64,000 bases of DNA, from assembly GCF_006345805.1 (NCBI RefSeq), contig NC_043003.1:83576001-83640000 (forward strand), given 5' to 3'. This DNA is from Octopus sinensis (Eukaryota). Below the pieces are notes generated by a model, which worked only from the letters and a program-made list of their open reading frames with translations, was not told the origin of the DNA and searched no databases. Shown here piece after piece: positions 1 to 12,563 of the stretch. The number at the start of each line of letters is the position of its first letter. Position 1 is the first letter of the stretch. A program made the position numbers and the translations under genes.

Positions 1-673
1 ACCTGAAATACAGCATCACAAAAATTCTGCCTACGATTCTATTCAAGTATTGTTAAGATGGGAAGCATAACGTCAAAGATTGTGATTCGAATTTTGTTGA
101 AGCTGAAAACTGCAAAGTGTAATCAAACTGATCTCACATGAAGGTGTCAGATCGCTCGTAGCAAAACTCTCCTCTCTCTGGTGACATAGAGGGAACCAGT
201 GGGACAAAACTTCCCATATAGCAGATGAACAGATGCTAGGCTAGTCTATCACATTAAAGGGGTCGACGGTTCAAGCAAAACTAATTGGATCCGACCATCA
301 CGTGGTGAGTCAAAATGAGCAGTTAAAAGTTTTTTAAAAATCACAAAGCGGGCAGCTAAAGTTCAAGAGCAATTATTCTTCAGCTACAAAACAAAGGGAA
401 TACTGAAAAACAACCGCTTCACTGCAAAACGGGACATCTTTATTTCCTAGTTTCTAGATTACTTAGCTTTGTAGGTGAGAGATTTAGCAGTGTTATGCAA
501 GTTGTTATTCACTTCAAATTTCATCTCGAGTGTTGATGACAGCCGTCGTCTTTAATATCTAGGATAATTTTTCAGTGATGTTCATAATCGTTTACGAATT
601 GACCGCATACATACATGTATGTATGTATGTATGTATGCATGCATGCACGCACGCATGCAGGTAGGTATGTATG

Positions 674-1610
674 TGTAACGGATTTATTTGATTAGTTACT
701 CAATATTATGATATGTTGTGGTCAGCAGATACAACGATAAAAAGTTGTTGTAATTGCATGTTGTAAGGTGTGAATGATGAACAATGCATGAAGTTTTAGG
801 GAAATATTTATTTACCGTTACGTTACAATACCTATTTCTTTATTACCCACAAGGGGCTAAACATAGAGGGGACAAACAAGGACAGACATAGGTATTAAGT
901 CGATTACATCGACCCCAGTGCGTAACTGGTACTTAATTTATCGACCCCGAAAGGATGAAAGGCAAAGTCGACCTCGGCGGAATTTGAACTCAGAACGTTA
1001 CGCAGACGAAATACCACTAAGCATTTCGCCGGGCGGGCTAACGTTTCTGCCAGCTCGCCGCCTTACTTTACAATACCTTGCCTCGACGAGGAGGTTATGA
1101 TAAATCCAAAAGCATGCGAAGTAAAGTTTGGTGCGGTAGAATGTTTCATTACATAGTTTGGCGTATACGAATAGTTAGTAGTAATCCACAGATAGCGATA
1201 GAATGATGTTGTAAGAGAACAGAATTAGAGCTAGAGAGAATTGTAGGGTGTTGTCTCACAGTTGCTTTCTCCCTCTGACCAAGGTTGGTCAGCCAGACCT
1301 TGTTGAGTCGTCACCGACTGGTGACTAGCTGATTTTTGTTTGGGGTATTCTTGCTTTTATAACAATCCAGAAGGATAGACATACCATTGAAAACAATAGA
1401 TTTAGTTGGTGGTCTTGTTATCTCTATTCTATCTTTTGGTGAAGTAGAAGAGGTTAGAAAGGGTCAAGTGGTGAAGGCATTATTTCGGCCTAGCTAAAGG
1501 CATCTGGAAGATGTAAAACTGCTGTCAGAGAAAAACCATTGTTCCATCGTGGGAAAAGTTCTGTTGCAGTGTTAATTTAAATTTGGGTATGGTGGATCGA
1601 ATCCACTTCA
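674..1610 (-). mobile_element. Possible solo LTR, interrupted by a SINE
   Basis: TG...CA termini with imperfect inverted ends (tgtaacggat / atccacttca). On the minus strand a TATAAAA near 1360 is followed by AATAAA near 810. It sits in a (TATG/TGCA)n tract and no clean TSD is visible. Confidence 0.35.
834..1064 (-). mobile_element. tRNA-derived SINE with Meta-domain-like core (family B)
   Basis: A box TGGCAGAAACG, B box GAGTTCAAATTCC, core GCCTTTCATCCTTTCGGGGTCGATAAA. 11-bp TSD ttacaatacct at 823-833 and 1068-1078. Highly similar copy at 21474-21704. Confidence 0.85.
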
Positions 1611-1944
1611 TGCATGCAAGATTCACTACATACATGTATGTATGTATGTATGTATGTATGCATCCATGCATGCATGTATGTCATTGTTTGGTTTTATTTC
1701 AAGATTTCTTGCCAATAGAAAAGGAGCCGGCAATTTAGCTTGAAAAGGTACATTAATGTGCCAAATTTTAAAATTTTCGATAAACTTCAATTTTTGAAAT
1801 GCTGGCAACCAAACGAACTAGATCCGTATTTGCTCCAGTAAAGATGTGTAATCGGACTCTGCGCTATTGACTTCTCTTTGAAAATACCATGCTGCCTTTC
1901 TGTCGCCGTCTGTAGATATTCGTTTTCACATTTTCACTTTACTG

Positions 1945-2562
1945 ATGCCTCCAGCCAAGAAAATTTGTCGACAGTACAGTAGTGATTATTTATCATTTAG
2001 ATTTATTCCCTCAAAACTGTCAGTTACCAATGTGCCTTCTTTGCCATCAAACATTGACCAATGAAGCAATGAAACCTTCACGCTTGAAGTATCACTTCGA
2101 TGCAAAGCATTCTGACAAGAAGGACAAGCCGTTATCATACTTTTTGCAATTGAACTCCTCTTTCAAAAAGCAAATACAGACATTCAACTTGCTACTCCAG
2201 GAAACTAGTAAACAGGAAAATGATGGCTGATTGCACCGTACAACATTGCATTGCTTGTTGCTAAGTCCGGGAAGTCTCACACAATTGGAGAAACATTACT
2301 TCGCCCATTTATCAAAGAGGTTTTGTCAACCGTATGTACGAAAAACCTGATAACATTATGAAGATCTACTTAGTAACAGTACAATTTCTCGACGCATCAA
2401 TGAAATGGCCAACGATGCTCATTAATATTCTCCAGCGTTCAGAATTTCTATATATAAGTGGATGAGTCAACTGTTTCTATATATAAGTGGATGAGTCAAC
2501 TGTTCTATATATAAGTGGATGAGTCAACTGTTGTAGACAATCAATATTTTATGATGGCGTAG
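1945..2562 (+). pseudogene. Degenerate hAT (Buster/Charlie-like, ZBED5/SCAND3-type) transposase N-terminal fragment
   Basis: Frameshifted translation gives the BED finger PMCLLCHQTLTNEAMKPSRLKYHFDAKH, then IALLVAKSGKSHTIGE, LSNSTISRRINEMAND and VDEST (first catalytic Asp motif). Confidence 0.8.
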
Positions 2563-3041
2563 TGACGCCTGTTTCCAAATGTCATTATGGGATTTTCATC
2601 AACGCATGCGCAAGAATTAGTATTCCGGAAGTCCCTTATGTGCATGCGCAGTCATCAGCAGCAGCTAGGCTTGACCGCTATTCTCTCTCTTTTGCTCCTG
2701 CCGCCAACGGAGCTAGACGCAACCAGAAAGCTCCGTGTGAAGGCGAAAACGACTTAGGCGAATCTGTGAAGAATGCCTTCACAATTGTGATTCAACCGAC
2801 TCTGCTGCTTCCAGCCTCCATCCCCGCCCCCACCCCCCGGACGTCCAGGCTACCGATGTTCAGAGATGAAATGCTTATTTCGGCGAAAATAAATTATTAT
2901 TGTTATTTGTTCGGAGATTCGTGTTCCCGCCATTTTCCTTTCTACAACTATAGTGTGAGTCAAATGATACATGGGGAGGTTTTCCTAGGGGATTTTGTGC
3001 TGGGCGTGGGGGCTATGTCAGAGTTTTTTGGGTTTTTTTAT

Positions 3042-3435
3042 AGGCACAGGAGTGGCTGTGTGGTAAGTAGCTTGCTAACCAACCACATGGTTCCGGGTTC
3101 AGTTCCACTGCGTGGCATCTTCTGCTATAGCCCCGGGCCGACCAATACCTTGTGAGTGGATTTGGTAGACAGAAACTGAAAGAAGCCTGTCGTATATATG
3201 TATATATATATATATGTATGTATGTGTGTGTTTGTGTGTCTGTGTTTGTTCCCCTATCATTGCTTGACAGCCGATGCTGGTGTGTTTACGTCCCCGTCAC
3301 TTAGCGGTTCAGCAAAAGGGACCGATAGAATAAGTACTAGGCTTACAAAGAATAAGTCCCGGGATCGATTTGCTCGACTAAAGGCGGTGCTCCAGCATGG
3401 CCGCAGTCAAACGACTGAAACAAGTAAAAAAAGAG
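3042..3435 (+). mobile_element. tRNA-derived CORE-type SINE with internal (TA)n(TG)n (family A)
   Basis: Head GGAGTGGCTGTGTGGTAAG, B box GGTTCAGTTCC, 3' end TGACTGAAACAAGTAAAA. Near-identical to copies at 18835, 34245, 36884 and 55577. Confidence 0.85.
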
Positions 3436-3649
3436 AAAAAAAAAAGTTGTGCAATGGAGCATTTTTTTGGCCAATAGGTGGATATTACAATTTGGCATGA
3501 AAAGTTCAGGAAACACTGCTCTAGAGTCTCTTTGGAACACCCTCTGTTTCTGTCGCTTGTATACGCAGTCGTACCCTTTTGATCATTTCCCAACATTTAT
3601 GATCGTGGGGATAGGCATGAAATCCAAACCGAAGACAGTAGTTTTTTTG

Positions 3650-3960
3650 GGGTTTTTTAGCCAACCTATCTTCTTCCAAGGATTAAAAGCTGGATCTGGT
3701 GCGTTACTGTTCCAGCATCTGTAATTCTAGCATCCAAACCAGCCTCCTGCTTTCCATCACAAGAAAATAAAGCCTTGAGATACTTAAACTTCTCCACTTA
3801 TTTCAGTGATGCTCAACACGCAGAGTGCACTAAAAGAGACTTTCTTTCTTTGTAACGCTAACTTTCATCCCTTTTTTGCTTTGAACCCATTCACTGCATG
3901 CTGGAGAACACCTTCTAATAAGCCAAATAGTGCCATGTTGTCTGCAAATATCAGCCAACC
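3650..3960 (-). pseudogene. Highly decayed non-LTR RT fragment
   Basis: Minus-strand translation shows LIFADNM (FADD-like) and VEKFKYL (motif 7-like) with frameshifts. Confidence 0.4.
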
Positions 3961-4349
3961 GACCCTAGACCCAATATCGTTTTTGTATTTAGCTTAACGC
4001 ACCACCACCCACCCACCCTTATGTACGTACGTATCATTATCATCACCACTTAGCACCCCCTATTCCTTCCTGGCATGGGTTGGGCAGATCAACAGACCAG
4101 TCGAGCCAAAGGGTTACACCAGATTCTATGTCTACTTTGGCATAGTTTCTGCATGTGGATTTCCTTCTTAACACCATTCAATCAACAGAGAATAGTGAAT
4201 GTTTTTCATGTGGCACCAGTACCAATGAGTTTGCCAAGTACCTCTCAAGACCCCTCAACTAAATGTGCATATGTGTGCATATGCAAACCTAGTATAAATA
4301 GCTTTCATGCCATTGCAAAGTCCTGGTTTGAATCAATGATAATGCTTAA

Positions 4350-4570
4350 CCCTTTCGTTACTGTATTTATTTTGAGATGCTCTGTGTTTCTTTCAATTAC
4401 TTTAGATATAACAAAGAATTTAGTAAAATAACTTAGTTATTATTAAGCTAGTGTTAGGAACATTAATTGTGACTAAAGTTTGGTGGGAGATTTTAATTCA
4501 AAACTTATGAAAACAAGATATTTGTACTACAGAGCCAGAGCCGGTTTCAGCCAGGTTGGTAACAAAAGGA
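4350..4570 (+). mobile_element. piggyBac-like MITE, family 2
   Basis: TTAA on both sides and TIR ccctttcgttac / gtaacaaaagga. Reverse-oriented copy at 33539-33758. Confidence 0.75.
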
Positions 4571-4847
4571 TTAAGGGACATTTTATGTTCTTTTCTTTAT
4601 CGTTAGAAACCAGAGGTCACCATTTTCAGGTGCATGAAACATATTGTCCTAAACAGAGTATTTAGGATTCTTAATATACATAAAGCAATTCAAAAGGTTT
4701 CCTCCCCGCCCACACTTTTTTTTTTTTGTCTTGAGTGAATGAAAGATAATGGTGTGATCAGTGAATATTATGTAAAAACTGTTAGCTCTGGCGATGATGC
4801 TTCACTTGCAAATACCATATCATCATCATAAAACATTTAACATCCAG

Positions 4848-5228
4848 ACACAGGAGTAGCTGTGTGGTAAGTAGCTTGCTTACCAACCACATGGTTCCGG
4901 GTTCAGTCCCACTGCATGGCACCTTGCGCAAGTGTCTTCAACTATAGCCTCGGGCTGACCAAAGCCTTGTGAGTGGATTTGGTAAACGGAAACTGAAAGA
5001 AGCCCATCGTATATATGTATATATATATATGTGTGTGTGTGTGTGTATATGTTTGTCCCCCCAACATCGCTTCACAACCGATGCTGGTGAGTTTAAGTTA
5101 GCTGTTCGGCAAAAGAGACTGATAGATAAGTACCAGGCTTACAAAGAATAAGTCCTGGGTCGATTTGTTTGACTAAAGGCGGTGCTTCAGCATGGCCACA
5201 GTCAAATGACTGAAACAAGTAAAAGAGT
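4848..5228 (+). mobile_element. SINE family A copy
   Basis: Same head, CORE-like ccttgcgcaagtgtctt and 3' end as the 18835 copy. Confidence 0.85.
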
Positions 5229-5896
5229 ATCCATTCTCCATGTTTGCATGGGTTGGACAGCTTGACAAGAACTGGCAAGGGCAGGGGTTGCATCAGTCTG
5301 TTTTGGTTTGCTTTCCACAGCTGGATGCCTTTCTGAATGTCAGCCACCTTACAGACTAAACTGAGAGTTTTTTGGGGTTTTTTAAGTGGCACCATCACTA
5401 GTGCCTTTTGCATGGCCCCAGCACCCACACCAATGCTTTTTACCAGCCACCGTGGTTTTAAGACCTCAATTTAGTTGTGATGAGCAGGTCTTAGTGGAAA
5501 TAAATCTATTCTGCCTCATGGAAGAGACATAAACACATACATACACATAAGAATGATACTATTTCAATAATGAAAATATCATATAGATTTTATTTATTAA
5601 CAGATATCAAATAACTTGTATATCCACCCACCCCAAAGAAAAGGTAAAAAAGACTATTCAAATTTGATAATTAAAAGATGTTATTATAACCTCAAATATG
5701 GAAATCGTCAGCATAACATTTTTAGTGAGAATCCTATTTTAACCTTGCTTGTTTTTTGTAGCATATTTTGTACATTTATTCCACTGTCTTTTGGAAACAT
5801 TTTTCTTGGATTGTGATGAAGATAAACACAAATATGCAGAGCATTTGTTCACACTTTGCTGTGACAATGCTAAAATTACCTCAAATATGTGTGTGT

Positions 5897-5941
<45 letters not shown>

Positions 5942-6164
5942 CTGCACATTCATGTATATGAGTATCTATGTATACGTATCAACATATACATATGTGCAGA
6001 CATCTACATGCAAGTGTATGCATGAATTAATAAGCACACATGTATAGGTATGCATACACACACACATTCATGTGTGTATATATCTATCAATATACATATA
6101 TATATATATGCATATGTTTGGGTGTGTGTATAAATATTCACAGATTTATGTGAGTAAATATAAA

Positions 6165-6316
6165 TCATCATCATCATCGTTTAACGTCCGTTCTCCATGC
6201 TAGCATGGGTTGGACGGTTCGACCGGGGATCTGGGAACCCAGAAGGCTGCACCAGGCTCCGGTTTTACCTGGCAATGTTTCTACAGCTGGATGACCTTCC
6301 TAACGCCAACCACTCC
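6165..6316 (-). mobile_element. 5'-truncated RTE LINE 3' end with (GAT)n tail
   Basis: (CAT)n followed by ttaacgtccg...ccatgctagcatgggttggacgg, matching 39766-39930. Confidence 0.8.
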
Positions 6317-6639
6317 ATATATATATATATACACATTTGTGTGTGAGTATACTTATATATATATATATATATATACTCACACACACATATATACATGTAT
6401 ATATATATGGAAGTATATTTGCTTTTTCATTTAAATGGCCCTTTTTTTCTATGCAAGCAAGACTTACACGGGGAAATATATTGAAGTAGGATTTTTACAC
6501 CCAGACACTCTTTGTGATGCCAATTTTTATCTGTTTTTACAAATAACGGAATATATTTCTGTATGTCTATTTGTATGTATGCATACACTACCACACATAT
6601 ATGAGTATGTCTTAGTGTGTATGTGTGCATACACATATG

Positions 6640-6816
6640 CATACTTCTATACTATACATACTTCTATATTATCTATATATATATATAATACAAATAAGAA
6701 AATGGACACATACATATATATTATTCTGTAATATATATATATATACATACATGCATACTTCTATAATATATACATAGATACACACACACATATACATACA
6801 TACTTCTATAATATCC

Positions 6817-6849
<33 letters not shown>

Positions 6850-7654
6850 TACATGTCTATAATATATATATACACATACATATATATACATACTTCTATC
6901 TATCTATATATATATATATATACACATACACATATACATACATACATACTTCTATAATATATATATATATATACATATAGAGAGAGGGAAAACAATAAGA
7001 AAACGGAGGGGATCAATAGGCAGTTCATCAACTTCTAGACATTATGTCAACTTATTTATTTATTTACTAAAATGACAATTACAAGAATATATATATATAT
7101 ATATAAACACTAAAGTCAGTCAATACATCAAAGTGGCTGTTGAATGTTACTATTAGTTTAACCCCAGGCAGACCCTCTGCACGCTTTATAAACAGTATAT
7201 TGTCAACAGGGGGAGCTGGCAATATATTGTATTAAAGGGTTCAGAGTGGCATACTGATAACCAGGTGGAGGAGAATCTGCCTGGGGTTAAACTAATAGTA
7301 ACATTCAACAGCCACTTTGAGGTGGCGACTGACTTTACTGTTTAGTACAGTTATTCCTTTATCTCTTCTTGAGATTTTACAACTAGCTATTTTGCTTATA
7401 TACATACTTCTATAATATATATATGTAAAGAAGAACTTAAAATGTCAATAGAAAAAAAATATATACATACAAAGACACACACACATATATATACATATGT
7501 ATATATATATGTATATATATATATATATGTATATATATATACTTCTATAATATATACATGCATATATATATACTTCTATAATATATATATGCATATATAT
7601 ATATGTATATACATACTTCTATAATATATATATATGTATATACATACTTATATA

Positions 7655-7686
<32 letters not shown>

Positions 7687-7880
7687 CACATGTCTATAAT
7701 ATATAGACAAATATAAATATATATATAATATATACATCTACACACACACACACTAATATATATATATATATGGGCATATACAGACATATAAAAAATATAA
7801 TAAATATATGTGTATGTAAGCATACATATATATATATATATATATATAATGTATGGGTATGCATACATGCATACATACAT
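6640..7880. repeat. Compound (TA/CA/TACA)n microsatellite field with recurring tacttctataat motif
   Basis: Seen directly. It is interrupted by unique sequence and by the 7104-7344 inverted repeat. Confidence 0.85.
7104..7344. repeat. Long inverted repeat / foldback MITE-like element
   Basis: 7128-7172 is the perfect reverse complement of 7276-7320 (45 bp). Outer arms 7104-7121 and 7327-7344 pair with one mismatch. Confidence 0.9.
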
Positions 7881-10226
7881 AATCTAGGAAGAGAGAGAAC
7901 GAAAGAACATTAGTCAGAGAAAGAGAAAGTGGGATGATTGAGCAAGTGCCATAAAACAACAGAGGGAGCACTCAACATTTAAAAATCAATTCAAATATTT
8001 TAATAATTACAGCATGAATTCAGTGGGAACATTACTCTATGCTTCAGAAAAACTCCAGTAAAAATTCAAACTGAATTGGATCAAATCTATACTACTGCTG
8101 GCTCTAAAATCATCAGGCTTATCTCAAGTGCATCAGAACAACTCCATTTATGAAAGGAGTTTAAATAGATTCACACCAGTTGTAAACTGGAGGAAAGAAA
8201 TGGGGTTTTTTTCTCCACTATGCAAATGGTGTCAATTGAAACTAAAGCCATTTCCTTTATATGTGTGAAGTTGTTGCAATTGGCCAGGATATATCTGAAT
8301 ATCATGTAGATTTGATCCTGTTTAATATAGATTTTTGTTGAAGTTTATCTGGAATACAGAACAATGTATTTTGAGTGATTCTATACTGTAATTATAAAAA
8401 TAAAATAACATATATACATACACCATAACAGTTTGACTCAGGTCCACATGTCTTGAAAGTTTCATAGATGCATAGGATATAGCCATGTCATCAATTGCTA
8501 GGATCAGTGTGGGGTTTGGAGAGTAACTCAAGTTGTCTTCTGGGTGTTTAGGCCTCTGTTGGTCAGCATAGGTCATGTAGTATTAATGTTGCTGGAGCTA
8601 CACCAGCTATTTTCTCAATTTTTAGACCTGCATGATCAGACAAGATGTTGGCAGGATGCTGGCACCACATTAGCGTCAGGCCATGACAGAATATTCAGCA
8701 ACACCAGTTATTTATGCAGCAAGTATCTCACAGATTAGGTTGGATTTGGCATGAGCAAGTAATTCAGTTTTCATTCAGTAGAGTATGAACACAGTGACAA
8801 CACTCTTTACATGAAGTGACCTAATCTGATGGTTTGGGATTAAAATTGAGGTTGCATGGCCACTATTTAACCTGTGCTCCATGTTGGCATGAGTTGGGCG
8901 GTTTCATCCAATGAGCTACAGTGTCTGCTTTTTACAGCTAGATGCCCTTCATGAGACCAAACACTTTGAAGCTGTCTAGCAAAGTGCCATCCAACTGAAA
9001 TAGAGTGCTGGGATTTGTGGAATATTCACTCTGCTAAGCTCAGACAGGATTTAGAGTTACTGGTGCGGCAATTCCATCATTGAAGCTACAGAGAAAGTTA
9101 TGAGGTGGTTTGGGATAAAAAGAGCAGACCAGTGGTAGTTTGTTGCTAATGGAATGCAGACTAGGACTTGATCCGCCCCAGCAGAGTCAACTGAGCAAGA
9201 AAAGGGTTCTAATTTTCGAGGGTTTGTTGGTCGGTGGGCGCCAACATCCCTCTCATCCACATCATTTTGTTTCATTTCATCTCATCTTGTCCATGTCCAG
9301 CCCACAAGCTTCTCTTTGTAAGGCCTATATGGCCAAGTTAATGAAATAAAGAAAAGGGTTCTGATTTGAAAACTTCCAGAAACATCATTGATGATGCATT
9401 TCAGAGCATCTGTGAGATAAGTCAAAACCAAAACATAAAAGTTTCTCACACACACACACACACACACACGCATGTATACACATAGACAGACATGTAGGCA
9501 TGGTGATACATACAGGAAAAATAGGACTCAAAATATGAGAATATTTTTATTAATATTTATCAGAATGAAAAAAGTGACACAAGAGCCGAGCATTTTGAGC
9601 ATTGGAACTTATCAAAAAATTGATAAGTGCCAATGAATGAAACTCTTGGTCCTTGAGCCACTCTGTTGCTCCCTCAAAATATTAAAAAGAATACACACAC
9701 ATGTATTGAAGGCATCCATGAGGCCATAAATCTGCACTTGGAAGGTCTTGATTTGGTCTTGTCGGCAGAGCAGTGTCAGTTGTGACTACAGAGATCCACA
9801 CATGAATAAGAGTCTCAGATGATGCAGTGACTGCATCTGAACGCAGTGTACCGGTGCTGTTTTTCAGTCAATTCTGATTTCTCTTCATCAACATGTTTCA
9901 GTCTCTCGTCTCATCTTTTTAAAAGCCTCTGTCTAGTTCCAGTTTCCACTGAGAGCAAAACATCAGCCATGTCTTCCCATCTTTCAACATTCATCTAAAG
10001 AGACTTCATATAAAGTTTACAACAGACCACCAGTAACGTTAACTTTGCATCATTTTCTTCTGTATTAATTACCTTTACATATATCAATATATATAATTTA
10101 TATCAACCTACCTCTTTCTCTGTATGTGTACATATGTACATACATACATACATACATGTTTGGTGATGCAAACAAGAAAATAACTTCTACCAATTATTAA
10201 TAAAAACAATGTGTGTATGTATGTAT

Positions 10227-10275
<49 letters not shown>

Positions 10276-10316
10276 ATGTATGTATATAAAATTTAAGTCT
10301 AAATAAAATCTATATC

Positions 10317-10371
<55 letters not shown>

Positions 10372-10679
10372 TGAAATGAGAAACAAACTATACACTGCAA
10401 ACACAACTTCAAATTAGACAACAAAAAAAGGAAAAAATGATAGTAAACAAAAAAATAGTTCATTTGAGGTCAAATTAAAAAAATGAATAATAATTTAAAG
10501 AATAAGATTACAAGATGTAATGGGTGGGGGGAAATGTCAATTTTTGTTTGCTTTGTTTTTTTGTGAGATTTTTTTTTTGTTTTGTTTGTTTTTTTAGTTT
10601 AGAATAAGTTATTATGAACTAGAGAACCAAAATAAAATGACTATAATAACACCATCTGGGAACATCTGATGGTACAAAG

Positions 10680-10880
10680 TCTGGTTTCACTGCAGTATGA
10701 CTACAGCAAAATATCTGATGCCATATGGATGATGGTATTGTAAAATGTCTGATGAAGTACTGCTGTCATACAGACATGTAATGTCTGATGAAGAACTGCA
10801 GTTACACCAACATTAAATGTCTGATCAGTGATTTCAATGACATCACTGTATAAAGTCTTGTCAGTGACTGCACTCAGTTC
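10680..10880. repeat. Degenerate 34-36-nt tandem repeat at the start of the UXS1 3' UTR
   Basis: The tctgatg-type motif recurs at 10680, 10714, 10748, 10784, 10820 and 10856. Confidence 0.7.
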
Positions 10881-10886
10881 AAATTA

Positions 10887-10991
10887 TCACACCAGATCTG
10901 GTGGGTGAAAATTACGTTGACTATGCTGAGAGCGACTGAGTTCATTACGAAAGTATTCAATAGTACGGTTAATTCCAGCAATCATTGCAAT
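10887..10991 (-). CDS. UXS1: UXS1 last coding exon (IAMIAGINRTIEYFRNELSRSQHSQRNFHPPDLV*)
   Basis: Acceptor tttcag at 10992-10997, phase 0. Matches the UXS1 C-terminal GxxxTIxYFRxEL pattern. Stop TGA at 10887-10889 is followed by TAA. Confidence 0.9.
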   Translation of the reverse strand: MAMIAGINRTIEYFRNELSRSQHSQRNFHPPDLV

Positions 10992-11086
10992 CTGAAATGA
11001 GAAAATTAAAATAACTTTTATTATCTAGAAAAAAGAAAAAAAATTTTAATAAATTATTATTTCACTCATAAAGCAACTTATTGTAT

Positions 11087-11490
11087 CTTTTGTCTTTTAC
11101 TTGTTCCAATCATTAGACTACGGCCATGCTGGAGCACTGCCTTGAAGAATTTTAGTTAAACTAATCAACCCCAGGACTTATTTTCTTTTCAAAGCATGGC
11201 ACCTATTCAATCCATCTATTTTGCTAAACCACTAAGTTAGGGGGATGTAAACACACCAACAGCAGTTGTCAAGCAATGGTGGGGGACAAACACAGACACA
11301 AAGACAAACACACAGATTATATATATGTACAACAGGTTTCTTTTAGTTTCCATCTACCAAATCCACTCACAAGGCTTTGGTCGGCCTGACCCATAGTAGA
11401 AGACACTTGTCCAAGGTGCCACGCAGTGGGACTGAACATGGAATCATGTGGTTAGAAAGCAAACTTCTAACCACACAGCCATGCCTGCAT
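11087..11490 (-). mobile_element. SINE family A copy (diverged)
   Basis: Reverse complement of the family A head, core and tail. Confidence 0.8.
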
Positions 11491-11581
11491 CTATATTTAC
11501 TAATTCAAATTAGAAACTATAAAACTATATTCTTGGGTTTATTGCAGTGCCCACCTTCAAGAGTTTAGTTGATTATATTAA

Positions 11582-11792
11582 CCCTTTAGCATTCAGATAA
11601 GTCTGCTAAATGTAACGGTTATTCATTCACATTGTTTTGAATTAATCCAGCATTATCCTGTAGCTTACGGAGTTTGTTGATGCAACTGTTCAGTTTTAGA
11701 ATGACATTGTAGTGTAAGTGTAAAAAGCTGGATCTGGGCAGTTTGAACATAAACTAGGTTAACTAGTTATGACTGGTTTAAATGTTAAAGGG
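11582..11792 (+). mobile_element. piggyBac-like MITE, family 1
   Basis: TTAA at 11578-11581 and 11793-11796, TIR ccctttagcatt / aatgttaaaggg. At least six related copies in the window. Confidence 0.8.
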
Positions 11793-12332
11793 TTAACCCT
11801 CAGTAGTTGCTCTACAATCTTCAGGAGAATGAAAAGCATAGTCAGCTTAAAAGGGATTGGAAATCAGGACATTAAAGAGCAATTAGAAGATACCACAAAA
11901 TATTTTGTCCAATGCTCTTTCAATTCTTCCAACTACTGCCTCGTTAGAAGAAAAAGCAGACAACCTTATTATCATACGGTACATAAAGTATATATGATAA
12001 ATATCCATTTATACCCTGTGCTATTACAATTTATGGAATCAACTGCTTTCATTCTCAACCCCTTTTCTATCAGAAGTATCCATCAATGAGTGACTAGTTA
12101 TTGTAACCTCATGCAGTAAAAGCAAATGGAAATTGTGATATCTATGCCTTTTCAAAGAGCATTAACTAAAGTAATAGATACAGACACACATGCAGGAGGA
12201 AATGTGCCAGAGGTGGATACAAACTCAGTATTCTAAAATAGGTTATATGACATTTTTGAATTATTGTTGGAATCCTTTGGACAAATTAATCCAATAACTG
12301 TGAAATTAAATTTCGTGATTATTCTTGTAATC

Positions 12333-12490
12333 ACTCACGGAGAGGTTGGCGTTAGGAAGGGCATCCAGCCGTAGAAACACTGCCAGATCAGACTGGGCCT
12401 GATGCAGCCTTCTGGCTTCACAGACCCCAGTTGAACCGTCCAACCCATGCTAGCATGGAAAGCGGACGCTAAATGATGATGATGATGATG
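12333..12490 (+). mobile_element. RTE 3' end with (GAT)n tail
   Basis: ggttggcgttaggaagggcatccag...ggaaagcggacgctaaatgatgatgat. Confidence 0.8.
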
Positions 12491-12563
12491 GTGTTAATTA
12501 TCCACTGAAACATAAAATTGGTATTTTCTGCAAGTCATGTTACCTCATAACAAATTTGATATA

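Noticed and set aside
2562-3155. 197-aa ORF in CpG-rich sequence
   Set aside because: No recognisable domain and it runs into a SINE. Likely part of an unclassified repeat.
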